Assembly (NCBI GenBank): GCA_963849325.1
Contig: CAWKHF010000012.1
Span: 1,184,001 to 1,248,000 of the forward strand
Direction of reading: 5' to 3'
Length of the DNA: 64,000 nt
DNA from: an uncultured Planctomycetota bacterium
Lineage (GTDB): Bacteria > Planctomycetota > Planctomycetia > Gemmatales > Gemmataceae
The notes beneath the pieces were generated by a model that was not told the DNA's origin, did not search any database, and worked only from the letters and a program-made list of their open reading frames with translations. This document shows, piece by piece, positions 21,289 to 31,396 of the stretch. How positions within the stretch are numbered: the first letter of the stretch is position 1; every line of letters starts with the position of its first letter. The position numbers and the translations under genes are program-made.

Positions 21289-23923
21289 ATGGGTTCACTC
21301 CTGCATTTCCTGGCCGCGCGCTGGTGTCCGGCCCTGCTGCTGGGCATCGCCCTGGCGACCCAGGCCGTGCTGGGACTGCTGCGCCGCCGGAAGGTCCGCG
21401 GGTTCACGCCGCTGTTTGTGCTGAGCAGCGCCATTGCTGTGGCGAGTATCGGCGGACTGATTCTCTCGCCGCGCTGGGGTTGGTGGCTGATTGTCTCCGC
21501 CCTCGCGCTCTTCGTCTGTCTCTTCGTCCTCCTCGCCCTGACTGGCGCCTGGCGGCGCTCTCTCGGCTACGCCGTCGCGATACTCGCCCTGCTCGGCGCC
21601 GGCGGTCTATGGCTGAACACGGCCGGCGCGAGCTTGTTGGAAGTTTGCCGCGACCTGCGCGGGCTGACCTTCCTGCATCCGTGGTGGCTGCTGCTGCTAT
21701 TGCTCCTGCCGCTGTTCTTCCTGCTCAGCGCTCCCCGCCTCCATCGTTCCGAGCCGCGGTCGTGGATCGCGCTCGGACTGCGCAGCGTCGGTGTCATTTG
21801 CCTGTCACTGGCGCTCGCCGAGCCGCAGCTGCGCCAACCGAACGATCACGTCACCGTCCTCTTCGTCGTCGATCGCTCGCTGAGCATCCCTGAGGAGATG
21901 GTCGAGGATCCCTCCGGCAAACCCGGCAAGATCGACCAGCGCGAACGCCGCATCCGCCAGTTCATCAACGATGCCGTGGCCCGGCGCGGCGGCCACCACG
22001 AGCGCGACCGGGCCGGCCTGATCGTCTTCGGACGACGGCCGCGCCTGGAACTGCCGCCCAGCGATGCCCCGCGCTTCAACCTGAAAGAACTGCCGGCCAC
22101 GCCGGACGGCAATTACACCGACATCGCCGCCGCCCTGAAGCTGGCCCTGGCCTCCTTCACCGACGATACCGGCAAGCGCATCGTCCTCGTCAGCGACGGC
22201 AACGAGAACCTCGGCAACGCCGAGGAGCAGGCCCGTCTCGCTCATACGCTCGGCGTCGAGATCGACATCCTGCCGCTGGCCGCCGGACAAACCAACGAGG
22301 ATGAGGTGCTCGTCGAGCGCGTCGAGGCGCCGCCGGTCATCGAGCAGGGCGCCCGCGTGCCGGTTCGCGTGCTCGTCCGCAGTCACAACCCCAATCTCGT
22401 CGTCGGCCGGCTCATCCTCAAACAGATCATCGAGGGGCAAAAGGCGCCGGCGGCGGAGGCCAAGGTCGTCGTCCTGCGCCGTGGTCTGAACGTCGTCACC
22501 TTCACGCGCCGGCTGACCGACGAGCAGCGCTCGTACAGTTACGAGGCCGAATTCCTGCCCGACCGCGTCGAGGACGACAAGGGCGAAGTCCTCAAACGCG
22601 AACTGCCCGGCGATCGCGTGCAGAACAACCGGGCGGCGGCGCACGTCGATCGCGCGCGGCCAGCGCCGCATCCTCATCCTGGAGGGCAAAGCCGGCGAAC
22701 ACCGCTTTCTCGCCGAGAAATTAGGCGAGGCCGGCCGGGCCAAGTTCCGGATTGTCGCCGAGCCGATCGCCCTGCTCGATCGCTACAAGGACCGCGACAA
22801 GCTGGCCGTCTTCCTCAGCAACTTCGACTGTGTCGTCCTGGCCAACGTCGCCGCCGACCAGGTCAGCGAGGAGCAGCAGGAAGCGATCCGCGCCAACACG
22901 CACGAGCAGGGCTGTGGCCTGGTCATGATCGGCGGGCCGGACGCCTTCGGCGCCGGCGGCTGGCAGAACACGGCTGTCGAGAAGGCGCTGCCGGTGGACT
23001 GCGAGATCAAGTCGCTGCAGGTGCTCGGCAAGGGCGGCCTGGTGCTCGTCATGCACGCCTCGGAGATGGCCGACGGCAACCTCTGGCAAAAAAAGATCGC
23101 GAAACTCGCCGTCGAACGACTTGGCCCGGCCGATGAGGTCGGCGTCGTCTATTACGATTTCATGCACAAGTGGCACATTCCCTTGCAGCAGATCGCCGGC
23201 AACAAGGCGGCCATCCTCGCTCAGATCGACAAGATGACGCCCGGCGACATGCCGGACTTCGACCCGGCCTTGCAGATGGCCCACAAGGCGCTCATCGATC
23301 CGCGTAAGGAGCTGGCCACCAAACACGTCATCGTCATCAGCGACGGCGACCCGAATTACACGCCGGGCCTGCTGGCGGGCATAAAGAAGGACAAGGTCAC
23401 GGTGACAACCGTCGGTGTCGCCTGCCACGGCGCCAACGAGGACCAGAAGATGACGGCCATCGCCAAGGCGACGGGCGGCCGAGCCTACTCGGTCAAGGAC
23501 CCGCGCCAGCTGCCGGCCATCTACATCAAGGAATCGCGGCTGGTCAGTCCGTCGTTCGTCCATGAAAAACGCTTCGCCCCGCAGGTGTTGTTTCGCAGCG
23601 GGCGGAGAGGGCACGCTACGTCTCGGCGCGGCTGCGCGGCCTGCCGGTGCCGGAGCCGATGCAGTCGGAGGAGATCGATCGCTTGCGGGTGCGGCACAGG
23701 CGCGAGCAGGGCAACGCTTCGAGAGCGACACCCCCTGGCCGGCGGTCGGCCGCTCGGCGCCGATATTAGTGCTCCGCCTCCGCCGTCGCCCTCGGGACCA
23801 GGCCCCGCTGCGCCGTCGCTGGGTGCGGCGCCGCCGGAACCGGAGGCCGGCGATTATGCGAGCCGATTACTCAAGGCGAAAAAGAAGGCTCTGGAAGAGC
23901 GAAAGAAGGAGGACGGACGCTGA
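21289..23923 (+). CDS. Membrane-anchored double-VWA / glutamine-amidotransferase-like protein of MoxR operons; frameshifts and an apparent internal deletion near 23600
   Basis: TM helices; BatA-like LTFLHPWWLLLL; MIDAS VVDRSLS, TDIAAAL, IVLVSDGNEN; GATase-like FDCVVLANV...GLVMIGGPDAFGAGGWQNT; second VWA IVISDGD; C-terminus YASRLLKAKKKA. Confidence 0.75.
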
Positions 23924-23995
23924 TTCGCCCCTTGCAGCAGGGCGAGTAGACGCGAACCGTCTGGGGATCTCGATCACTCGATTAGAGGCAAACAG

Positions 23996-24820
23996 ATGCT
24001 TATTCGCATTTCCGGGCGGGTCGAAGTTCTTGACGAGGAGGACAACCCCGTGAAGGATCCCGCTGTGCTTCGTAAACTGGACGGTGCCGTCTCGGATGAC
24101 GTGTGCTCTAACTACCTGGACAGTGATCTTGCGGACCTCGATATCACCGAGGGCGCGGTTCGGCTTACCTACAACTCCGCCACGAAGAAGCTGTGGGTTG
24201 TGACCGAGTACAAGTCGCCCGTGAAATTGAAACAATCCCAGTTGAAGCGTCTCGTACAGGAAACCCTCGGGCAATGGAGTGATGGGATCGGGGAGGGATG
24301 TTTTGATGATCGGTCAGACGAATGGAATGTGAGCATCAACCTTTCTCCGCTCGGGCAAGAAAAGACCCTTCACGTCGAACAAGTCGGCGGCAGCAAAAAA
24401 CCTTCCGTGTCTCGCATGGCCCTGGCGAAAGCGGCCCGGGAAGGCGACCTGGCTACCGTCCAACGACTGCTGAGCGAAGGAGCGGACACGGAGGTTCGGC
24501 AACAACAATTCACCCCCCTTCACCTGGCAATTCTCTACGGCCACGCAGAAGTGGCCCTGGAACTTATCGCGCACGGGGCGGACATTCGCGCGCTGGACCC
24601 GCTCGGCGACGATCCCCTCATGATCTGCGCATTGAGTAATGGGATTGACGACGAAGACGCAGCTCGCGTGGCCCGCGCACTGCTCGAAAAGGGAGTCGAT
24701 GCACGCTCTCCCCGTGAAGATCCGGACACGGGCGTAAAAAACAGGCCCCTGTCTATGGCCAGGGGCCGTAAGAAAACAAAGCTGGCCAAGGTGCTTCGCG
24801 AGTTTGGGGCGACGAGGTAA
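23996..24820 (+). CDS. Ankyrin-repeat protein with an unknown N-terminal domain (GQWSDGIGEG motif)
   Basis: AAREGDLATVQRLLSEGAD, TPLHLAILYGHAEVALELIAHGAD; visibly more AT-rich than its neighbours. Confidence 0.8.
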   Translation: MLIRISGRVEVLDEEDNPVKDPAVLRKLDGAVSDDVCSNYLDSDLADLDITEGAVRLTYNSATKKLWVVTEYKSPVKLKQSQLKRLVQETLGQWSDGIGEGCFDDRSDEWNVSINLSPLGQEKTLHVEQVGGSKKPSVSRMALAKAAREGDLATVQRLLSEGADTEVRQQQFTPLHLAILYGHAEVALELIAHGADIRALDPLGDDPLMICALSNGIDDEDAARVARALLEKGVDARSPREDPDTGVKNRPLSMARGRKKTKLAKVLREFGATR

Positions 24821-24845
24821 GGGCAGCTCGAATCCGGTAGCAATC

Positions 24846-24863
24846 CCCCGGCAAGCCGGGGGC
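24846..24863. repeat. REP-like palindrome
   Basis: CCCCCGGC-AA-GCCGGGGG. Confidence 0.7.
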
Positions 24864-24881
24864 TATGTAAATCGAGGGATC

Positions 24882-25906
24882 ATGACATCCGCCGTTCCTC
24901 TACCGCAGCGTGCCGAGGAGTTCCGCAAAGCGTATGGCCGACTCCAGCAGGAGATCGGCAAGGTCATCGTCGGCCACGCCGACATTGTACACGGTGTCCT
25001 TACCTGCCTGTTTGTCGGCGCCACGCCCTGCTCGAAGGCGTGCCGGGCCTGGGCAAGACGCTGTAGGTCCGCACGCTCAGCCAGGTGCTCGACCTGTCCT
25101 TCAACCGCATCCAGTTCACGCACGACCTGATGCCCTCGGACATCATCGGCACCAACATCATCATGGAATCGCCCGAAGGCCAGCGTCATTTCCGCTTCCA
25201 GCCCGGCCCGATTTTCGCCCAGATCATGCTGGCCGACGAGATCAACCGGGCCATGCCGAAAACGCAATCGGCCTTGCTGGAGGTCATGCAGGAACACAGC
25301 GTCACGGCCGGCGGCACCGTCCACCGCCTCCAGGAACCGTTCTTCGTCCTGGCGACGCAAAACCCGATCGATCAAGAAGGGACGTATCCGCTGCCGGAGG
25401 CGCAGCTGGACCGTTTCTTCTTCAAGCTGCTCGTCAACTACTCCGGCCGGGCCGAGATGGCGACGATCCTCGACCGCACAACGCGCGGCGAATGGCCGAC
25501 GGCCGAGAAGGTGATGGACGGCGACGAAGTTCGTCGCTGGCAGCAGCTGGTGCGCGAGGTGCTCGTGGCGCCGCCGGTGCAGGACTACGCCATCCGTCTG
25601 GTGCTGGCGGCGCATCCCAGCGGCGAGTTTGCCGCACCCGATACGAATAAGTACATTCGCTGCGGCGCCAGCCCGCGCAGGGCGCAGGCGCTGGTGCTGG
25701 CCGCCAAGGTTCGGGCACTGCTCGAAGGCCGCTACAACGTCAGCTTCGAGGACATCCGCCGGGTGTATTTGCCGTCCCTGCGGCATCGCATCCTGCTCAA
25801 CTTCGAGGCACAGGCGGAAAACATCGCCACGGATACGGTGCTGATGCAAGTTCTCCACGAGGTCAAGGAGAAGGGGCCGGAAGGCGTTACCCCTGTGAGG
25901 GCTTGA
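24882..25906 (+). CDS. MoxR-family AAA+ ATPase; frameshift near 25020 and in-frame TAG at 25064
   Basis: LLEGVPGLGKT Walker A, RIQFTHDLMPSDIIGT, LADEINRA, FFVLATQNPI.QEGTYPLPEAQLDRF, GASPR. Confidence 0.92.
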
Positions 25907-26297
25907 TGACTTCTCCTGTCTTCTTCTCTTTCGGGGAGTCGAAGATGTAGCCAGGCTCGTAATCCAATAAGAGGCGGGCGGCTTCCATGACATGAGCGGT
26001 GGCATGATAGAGAAACCGAGCAACGATCGACTTCGCGTCGGACTTGCTGAACTCCTCAGGGTATTCATAAAGCTTCGCCAAAACGCGAAGGTCCTCCTCC
26101 CAGTCGCTCATGTGGAAGACGAAATCGCGGCGGCAGACCTTGTTGGCGGCCGGATCGTCCAGCTTCTGATAGTGGTTGTAGATGCTCGCCAACAATCGCC
26201 GCAGTTGGGTACTCTTGGAATCGGTCTCACTCTCCGAGCGCTTCCCGGTAGGCGTCGATGCGGGCCTGCCATTCCGCGCCTGTTTTTTTTCCGACAT
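25887..26297 (-). CDS. Hypothetical protein (136 aa)
   Basis: ATG-started ORF with natural composition (DFVFHMSDW, FLYHATAHV), antisense within the operon. Confidence 0.65.
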   Translation of the reverse strand: MSEKKQARNGRPASTPTGKRSESETDSKSTQLRRLLASIYNHYQKLDDPAANKVCRRDFVFHMSDWEEDLRVLAKLYEYPEEFSKSDAKSIVARFLYHATAHVMEAARLLLDYEPGYIFDSPKEKKTGEVIKPSQG

Positions 26298-26460
26298 GGC
26301 GAATTACCTCTTGCATTTGCCTCAACCAATTCCGGACTTCATTCTTCCACTTGCCGACCGAGGAATGATGAGGCTCGGCAGCGATTCGGGCGAGATGTCG
26401 CTCTACCTCGGGGAGAAATTCGTTTAGGCGATCCAGAGCGCGTTTACGACCTATGCCCAT
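26227..26460 (-). CDS. Small hypothetical helical protein (77 aa)
   Basis: MGIGRKRALDRLNEFLPEVERHLARIAAEPHHSSVGKWKNEVRNWLRQM...; purine-rich gaagaa just upstream. Confidence 0.6.
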   Translation of the reverse strand: MGIGRKRALDRLNEFLPEVERHLARIAAEPHHSSVGKWKNEVRNWLRQMQEVIRHVGKKTGAEWQARIDAYREALGE

Positions 26461-26484
26461 TTCTTCACTATCCTAGGTAATTCT

Positions 26485-27378
26485 ATGTCCAGCACACAAC
26501 CCCAACCCCTGCTCGAACCGCAGTTCCTCGCCCGGCTCGAACAGCTCGAACTGGTGTCGCGCAAGATTTTCCTCGGCCGCCTCAAGGGCGAGCGGCGCAG
26601 TCGCCGCAAGGGGCAGAGCGTCGAGTTCGCCGACTATCGCAATTACGTCGTCGGCGATGATCTGCGCTTTCTCGACTGGAACCTATACGCCCGCCTCGAC
26701 CGTCTCTTTCTGCGGTTGTTCCAGGAAGAGGAGGACTTACACTTTTACCTTCTGCTGGACAACAGCCTGTCGATGGACTTCGGCACACCGACCAAGCTGC
26801 ACTATGCCAAGCAGGTCGCGGCGACGCTGGGCTTCATTGGCCTGGTCAACCTCAACCGTGTCGTCGTCGAGGCGTTCAACGAGCGGCTGACGCAGTCGAT
26901 GCCGGCCCTGCGCGGCCGGCGCAGTCTGTGGCGGCTGCTCGACTTCCTCGACAAGATCGAGGCAGCCGGGTCGAGCGACCTGACTCGTTCGCTGCGCAGC
27001 TTCAGTCTCCAGTGCAGCGGCAAGGGCGTCGTCGTCGTGCTCAGCGATTTCATGGACAAGGGCGGCTACGAAGAGGCGCTACGCTACCTCATCGCTCGCC
27101 GGATGGACGTGTACGTCATCCAGATTTTGTCGCAGGAAGAGATCGAACCGGAGATCAGCGGCGATTTGCGACTGGTGGATGTCGAGGACGCCGACGTGGC
27201 CGAGATCACCGCCAGCGGCCCCCTGCTGCGGCGCTATCAACAGAACCTCGCCGCCTATCGCGCCGCCCTGCACGACTTCTGCACGCGGCGCGGCGTGACG
27301 TGCCTGTGTACCAGTAACCAGGTGCCGTTCGACCGCCTGGTGCTCACCTACCTGCGGCAGCGCGGCCTAGTGCGCTAA
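26485..27378 (+). CDS. DUF58 family protein (MoxR partner)
   Basis: GERRSRRKGQSVEFADYRNYVVGDDLRFLDWN.YARLD, LLDNSLSM, VVLSDF. Confidence 0.93.
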   Translation: MSSTQPQPLLEPQFLARLEQLELVSRKIFLGRLKGERRSRRKGQSVEFADYRNYVVGDDLRFLDWNLYARLDRLFLRLFQEEEDLHFYLLLDNSLSMDFGTPTKLHYAKQVAATLGFIGLVNLNRVVVEAFNERLTQSMPALRGRRSLWRLLDFLDKIEAAGSSDLTRSLRSFSLQCSGKGVVVVLSDFMDKGGYEEALRYLIARRMDVYVIQILSQEEIEPEISGDLRLVDVEDADVAEITASGPLLRRYQQNLAAYRAALHDFCTRRGVTCLCTSNQVPFDRLVLTYLRQRGLVR

Positions 27379-27386
27379 AGTGGCTA

Positions 27387-27412
27387 CTTGCGGCCTAGCG
27401 CCAAGCCGCAAG
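27387..27412. repeat. REP-like hairpin (GCGGCTT-AGCGCC-AAGCCGC family) between convergent genes
   Basis: cttgcggcct-agcgcc-aagccgcaag; same loop as the copy at 50599-50628. Confidence 0.75.
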
Positions 27413-27417
27413 CGGTC

Positions 27418-28761
27418 CTACTCCACCATGCCGAAAAGGCGCGTGTTGGCTACGGGCTGGCTACCGCGATCAATGGAGATCGAGGCACGGCCGCTCAGAC
27501 TCAGGGTATCGGCGATGATCTGGCCGCCCATGACGTTAGCGCCGCTGCTGCCGGACAGGCTGACTTTGGCGTAGGCGGCGTAAACCGTCCCCGTCACGTT
27601 GATGCTCCCGCTGCCGGTGATGCTGAGTGGCGGGGCGGAGATGGTCGGACTGCCGCGCGCCTGGAAGAGGCTGACGCCCTGGTAGGGTCCACTGGCCGGC
27701 GGGACGAGGGTCAGGTTCGAGCCGCCGGATACGGTGATGCCGCCGCCGCCGCCGCCCAGCCAATTGTTGTAGATCATCACCCCCGCTTCGCCACTGGCCG
27801 TCGTCACCGTGGCGGTGCCTGAGACATTCAGGCCACCCCCCTGCAAGTAATAAATCCCCGGCGTCCCGTCGGCATTGGTGTGCAGGATGACCGTCGTATT
27901 CCCGCCCACACTAATTCCACCATTGTAGACTCCCGGATAGAGGTTCACGGGCGAACCACCGCTCATACTCTGGGTCGTCAGGCCCAGCTGGACCGGATCG
28001 GGAGCGGGCAGGTAGCGAAGGGGATCCGGCATTGGTCCCCCGTAATTCGGCTGCGTCCCGCCACTCTCCAGGAGGAAAGATGACAGCGAGGGCGAGAGTG
28101 TCCCGGCCGCCGAATTGAGGTTGAGGGCCGAGGCCGCCACGCTTGCTTTCCCGGATAGGTTGAAGGCGGAAGGAGAGCTGGAATTCACCTGCAGCCCGCC
28201 ATTGACGAGGAGGCTGGCACTGCCGCTGGCGCTCAGGACGCTAGAGGCAGTGAGGTTCAGAAGCACCACGGTATTGCTGACGGGCGCCCACTGACCGCGG
28301 GCGACGGCGCGGGCGCGGATGGGGATCGTCCCGGAGCCGAAGATGCCGCTGAAGGTGCGACCGGCGTTGTACTGGATGATGATCTCCACGTAACCGCGCG
28401 GCAGCGTTGTGCCGGCGTTGGGACCGCCTTGGTAGCTCTGCGGCGAGACATCGACGGTGACGACGGACTGGGCGCCGTCGTTGCTGAAGCCGTTGGCGGC
28501 GGCGGTGGCCCAGGCGCTGGCGGCGGCGGTGCCCTGGGGATCGAAGCCATTGTTGGCGCCATAGTTGACCAACAGATCGGCGGCGGCGGCCAGGGCGGCG
28601 GCGTCCGCCGCCGCCTGCACGTGTCGCCGCTCTTCCATCAACGTCCCGCCATCGACAACCAGGGCGATCATCCCGATAAAAAGGGCCAGGCTTAACACCG
28701 TCAGCGGCGCCACACTTCCGCGACGTGGGCCAGCCGAACGAGAAATCAGGTGCCGGCGCAT
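27418..28761 (-). CDS. TadG-like (Tad domain) minor pilin/adhesin, paralog 2
   Basis: RRG|SVAPLTVLSLALFIGMIALVVDGG...QAAADAAALAAA prepilin-like N-terminus; LYPGVYNGGI, PGIYYLQGGG, GPYQGVSLFQAR. Confidence 0.85.
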   Translation of the reverse strand: MRRHLISRSAGPRRGSVAPLTVLSLALFIGMIALVVDGGTLMEERRHVQAAADAAALAAAADLLVNYGANNGFDPQGTAAASAWATAAANGFSNDGAQSVVTVDVSPQSYQGGPNAGTTLPRGYVEIIIQYNAGRTFSGIFGSGTIPIRARAVARGQWAPVSNTVVLLNLTASSVLSASGSASLLVNGGLQVNSSSPSAFNLSGKASVAASALNLNSAAGTLSPSLSSFLLESGGTQPNYGGPMPDPLRYLPAPDPVQLGLTTQSMSGGSPVNLYPGVYNGGISVGGNTTVILHTNADGTPGIYYLQGGGLNVSGTATVTTASGEAGVMIYNNWLGGGGGGITVSGGSNLTLVPPASGPYQGVSLFQARGSPTISAPPLSITGSGSINVTGTVYAAYAKVSLSGSSGANVMGGQIIADTLSLSGRASISIDRGSQPVANTRLFGMVE

Positions 28762-28865
28762 GATGAATCTTTCCTCCACCTTCCGACGACATTGTCAGCG
28801 TGGGCGCTCGGCCTCCCGTCAGCCGAGCGAATAACGGCACGAGGGCCGGTAGCGGATCGCGACGG

Positions 28866-30083
28866 TCACTCCACCAGGCCCAGCTCGCGCACGTTGGCGA
28901 GCGGGCCGCCGGTGCCGCCGATGGAGTTGGAGCCGTCCACCACGAGGGTCAGGGTGTCGGAGATGACCTGGCCCACCGTGCCGCCATCGCCGTGGCCGCC
29001 CAGAAAGACGTTGGCATATCCGGCATAAATCGTCCCCGGCAGGTTCACGCTGTTGCCGTCGAGAACGACCTGGGGGACGCCGTTGGTGGACGTGCTCCGC
29101 GCCTGGAAAATGCTGACTCCCTGGTAAGGACCGCTGGCCGGCGGCGTGAGGTTCAGGGTGCCGTTGCCGCCGACGTTGATGCCGTCGTCGCCATCGCCAT
29201 CGCTGTTTAGCCAATTGTTGTAGATCATTACCCCCGCCTCGCCGCTGGCCGTCGTCACCGTGGCGTTGCCCGAGACATTCATGCCGCCGCCCTGCAAGTA
29301 ATAAATCCCCGGCGTGCCGTCGGCATTGGCGTGCAGGATGACCGTCGCATTGCCGTTGATGTTGAGTCCACCGTTGTACACGCCCGGGTACAAGTTAACG
29401 ACATTATTGCCATTGATGCGCTGCCCGTTCTGCGTCGTCAGGCCAAGTTGGGATGGATTGGGAACGGGCAGAAGGCGGAGCGGATCGGGCACCGGAGTAG
29501 CGGAAATGGAGTTGATCCACATGTTGCCGTTGATGTTGGGAATCGTCCTCCAGTTCCCGCTAGGCTGGAAGGTCAGGCTCAGCGCCATGACGGCATAGTT
29601 GACGGGAGCCCACTGGCAACGGGCGACGGCGCGGGCGCGGATCGACAGGGCGCCGGAGCCAAAGACATTACTGAACATTCGGCTGGCGTTGTACTGGATC
29701 AGCACTTCCACGTAGCCGGATGGCAGCGCTTTGCCGACGTTCGGCCCGCCTTGATACGCCTGGGGCGAGACGTTGACCGTGACGAGAGAGGTCGGGCCGT
29801 CGTTGCTGAAGCCGTTGGCCAGGGCGGTGGCGCGGGCGCTGGCGGCGGCGGTGCCCTGCGGATCGGCGCCCTGGTTGGTGCGATAGTTAGCCAACAGGTC
29901 CGCGGCGGCGGCCAGGGCGGCGGCGTCGGCCGCCGCTTGCGCGTGTCGCCGCTCTTCCATCAGGCCGCCGCCATCGACGACCAGGGCGATCACTCCGATC
30001 AAGAGAGCCAGACTCAACACCGTCAGCGGCGCCACGTAACCGCGACGCCGGCCCACGAAACGAGAAGATCGATACGGGCGCAT
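28866..30083 (-). CDS. TadG-like (Tad domain) minor pilin/adhesin, paralog 1
   Basis: RRRG|YVAPLTVLSLALLIGVIALVVDGG...AQAAADAAALAAA; strong DNA similarity to 27418-28761. Confidence 0.85.
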   Translation of the reverse strand: MRPYRSSRFVGRRRGYVAPLTVLSLALLIGVIALVVDGGGLMEERRHAQAAADAAALAAAADLLANYRTNQGADPQGTAAASARATALANGFSNDGPTSLVTVNVSPQAYQGGPNVGKALPSGYVEVLIQYNASRMFSNVFGSGALSIRARAVARCQWAPVNYAVMALSLTFQPSGNWRTIPNINGNMWINSISATPVPDPLRLLPVPNPSQLGLTTQNGQRINGNNVVNLYPGVYNGGLNINGNATVILHANADGTPGIYYLQGGGMNVSGNATVTTASGEAGVMIYNNWLNSDGDGDDGINVGGNGTLNLTPPASGPYQGVSIFQARSTSTNGVPQVVLDGNSVNLPGTIYAGYANVFLGGHGDGGTVGQVISDTLTLVVDGSNSIGGTGGPLANVRELGLVE

Positions 30084-30106
30084 GACGAATCTCTCCGGAC
30101 GGAAAG

Positions 30107-30652
30107 TCAGTACGACATCGGCAGCGTGGACGTGCTCTTCAACGCGATCGGTCCCACCAGGTACAGTTCGGGAAACCAGTTATAGGTGACGGTCACGCTC
30201 ACGGTGTTGCCGGTGGGCTGCTCGTAATTCTGGCTGGCGTCCGAGGGCATGTTGCTGCTGTTCCACACGACCTGGCAGCTCAGCTGCGTCGGGTCGAGGG
30301 CGGTGGCATAAGGGAGAACGGCGTTGTTGTAAATGTCCTGGGACGTGGCCGCCGGGTTGCCCGTGTCCAGCTGATACTGCCCGCCATGCACCGAGGCGTA
30401 GCGCGCCCCCTCGCGAGCCAGCATGGCGATCTGCTGGTAGCGGAACACGCCGTAACCGCCCACGACCGTAGCCAGAATGAGGAAAAACAGGACCGGCAGC
30501 ACCACGACAGCTTCGGTCGCGGCGAAACCGTCCCGTCTCTTCAAAGCCCCTAACTTTTTGGGCGAACGGCCGGCGTCAGCCGGCTGGTAGAGGCCGCAAC
30601 CAGCCGGCTGACGCCGGCCGTTCGCCTTTCTGCCTTGGGAGTAATGAATCAT
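30107..30652 (-). CDS. TadE/TadG-family pilin-like protein
   Basis: RRDG|FAATEAVVVLPVLFFLI (E+5), AREGARYASVHG. Confidence 0.85.
   Translation of the reverse strand: MIHYSQGRKANGRRQPAGCGLYQPADAGRSPKKLGALKRRDGFAATEAVVVLPVLFFLILATVVGGYGVFRYQQIAMLAREGARYASVHGGQYQLDTGNPAATSQDIYNNAVLPYATALDPTQLSCQVVWNSSNMPSDASQNYEQPTGNTVSVTVTYNWFPELYLVGPIALKSTSTLPMSY
30561..30626. repeat. Perfect 28-bp inverted repeat (REPIN-like doublet) inside the TadE leader
   Basis: ggcgaacggccggcgtcagccggctggt-agaggccgca-accagccggctgacgccggccgttcgcc. Confidence 0.95.
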
Positions 30653-30664
30653 GGTCTCCTCCTC

Positions 30665-31093
30665 TCAATTCGGCGTCGCCGGAGCGACGCGCATCCGAAC
30701 CGTGCGACTGACGTTGATCGGATTGGGCAGACCGGGGTAATTGCTGATCGTCCAGAACGGATACGCGACGGTCACTTCCACGTAGGCATTGCCGGACGTG
30801 TCGGTGCCGTTGGTCGAAGTCACCGTGGGAAGCGGGTTCAGGCCATTGTTCTGGGCGTCGGCCTGAGCAGCGTAGGTCACGCTCGAATAGGGCGACTCCG
30901 GGGCGGACGTGGGGTCGCTGCCGTACAGGGCGCCGTTACGCGCGCAGTTGGTGACAATGGTATAGCAGAAGTACAGGCGGGCGAAATCGACGGTGATGAG
31001 GAAGAGCAGACCCAGCAGCGGCAGCACCAGGGCCAGCTCCACGGCGGATGCGGCGGAGCGGCGGACACGCCTTGACGGTGGACGGAAGCGCAT
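30665..31093 (-). CDS. TadE-family pilin-like protein
   Basis: RRSA|ASAVELALVLPLLGLLFLITVDFAR, NCARNGALY; GAGGAG RBS upstream. Confidence 0.88.
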   Translation of the reverse strand: MRFRPPSRRVRRSAASAVELALVLPLLGLLFLITVDFARLYFCYTIVTNCARNGALYGSDPTSAPESPYSSVTYAAQADAQNNGLNPLPTVTSTNGTDTSGNAYVEVTVAYPFWTISNYPGLPNPINVSRTVRMRVAPATPN

Positions 31094-31178
31094 GAAAACC
31101 TCCTCGGCGACGGGACCGTCTGGGGCCCAGAACATGGGCGCGGTGGGGAGAGAGGGTCGTCTGAAACGTAGGTCGGAT

Positions 31179-31396
31179 TTCCGGGTGAGGCAAACCAAAA
31201 CGCTTCCGAGCCGGAAACATTAGCGAAGGGTTTGCTTCGCTTACGCTTTCGGCTCGGATAAACCGTCTTTCGCATGTCGCATTGGTTTGACTCGCCTCGC
31301 GCCATGACCTAAGAGACTCTTGTCGCTTTCGCAAGTTTCCGTGATGCGAGCGAACAGCGTGAGGTTCGGCCGCCGGCCAAAGAGCCTCACCCGGAA
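31179..31396. repeat. 13-bp perfect inverted repeats bracketing the divergent tad intergenic core, with an internal REP-like hairpin at 31206-31257
   Basis: TTCCGGGTGAGGC (31179-31191) and GCCTCACCCGGAA (31384-31396); inner ccgagccggaaa..agcgaag..cttcgct..tttcggctcgg. Confidence 0.8.

Noticed and set aside
25064-25066. Pyrrolysine or recoded TAG in moxR
   Set aside because: Single occurrence at a position normally Leu; TAG is used as a normal stop elsewhere; the region has other errors.
31185-31320. c-di-GMP-I riboswitch (GGCAAACC) near the tad genes
   Set aside because: The following GNRA-capped P2 and P3 elements are not recognisable; the segment is better explained by inverted repeats and a REP hairpin. 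An Rfam scan would settle it.
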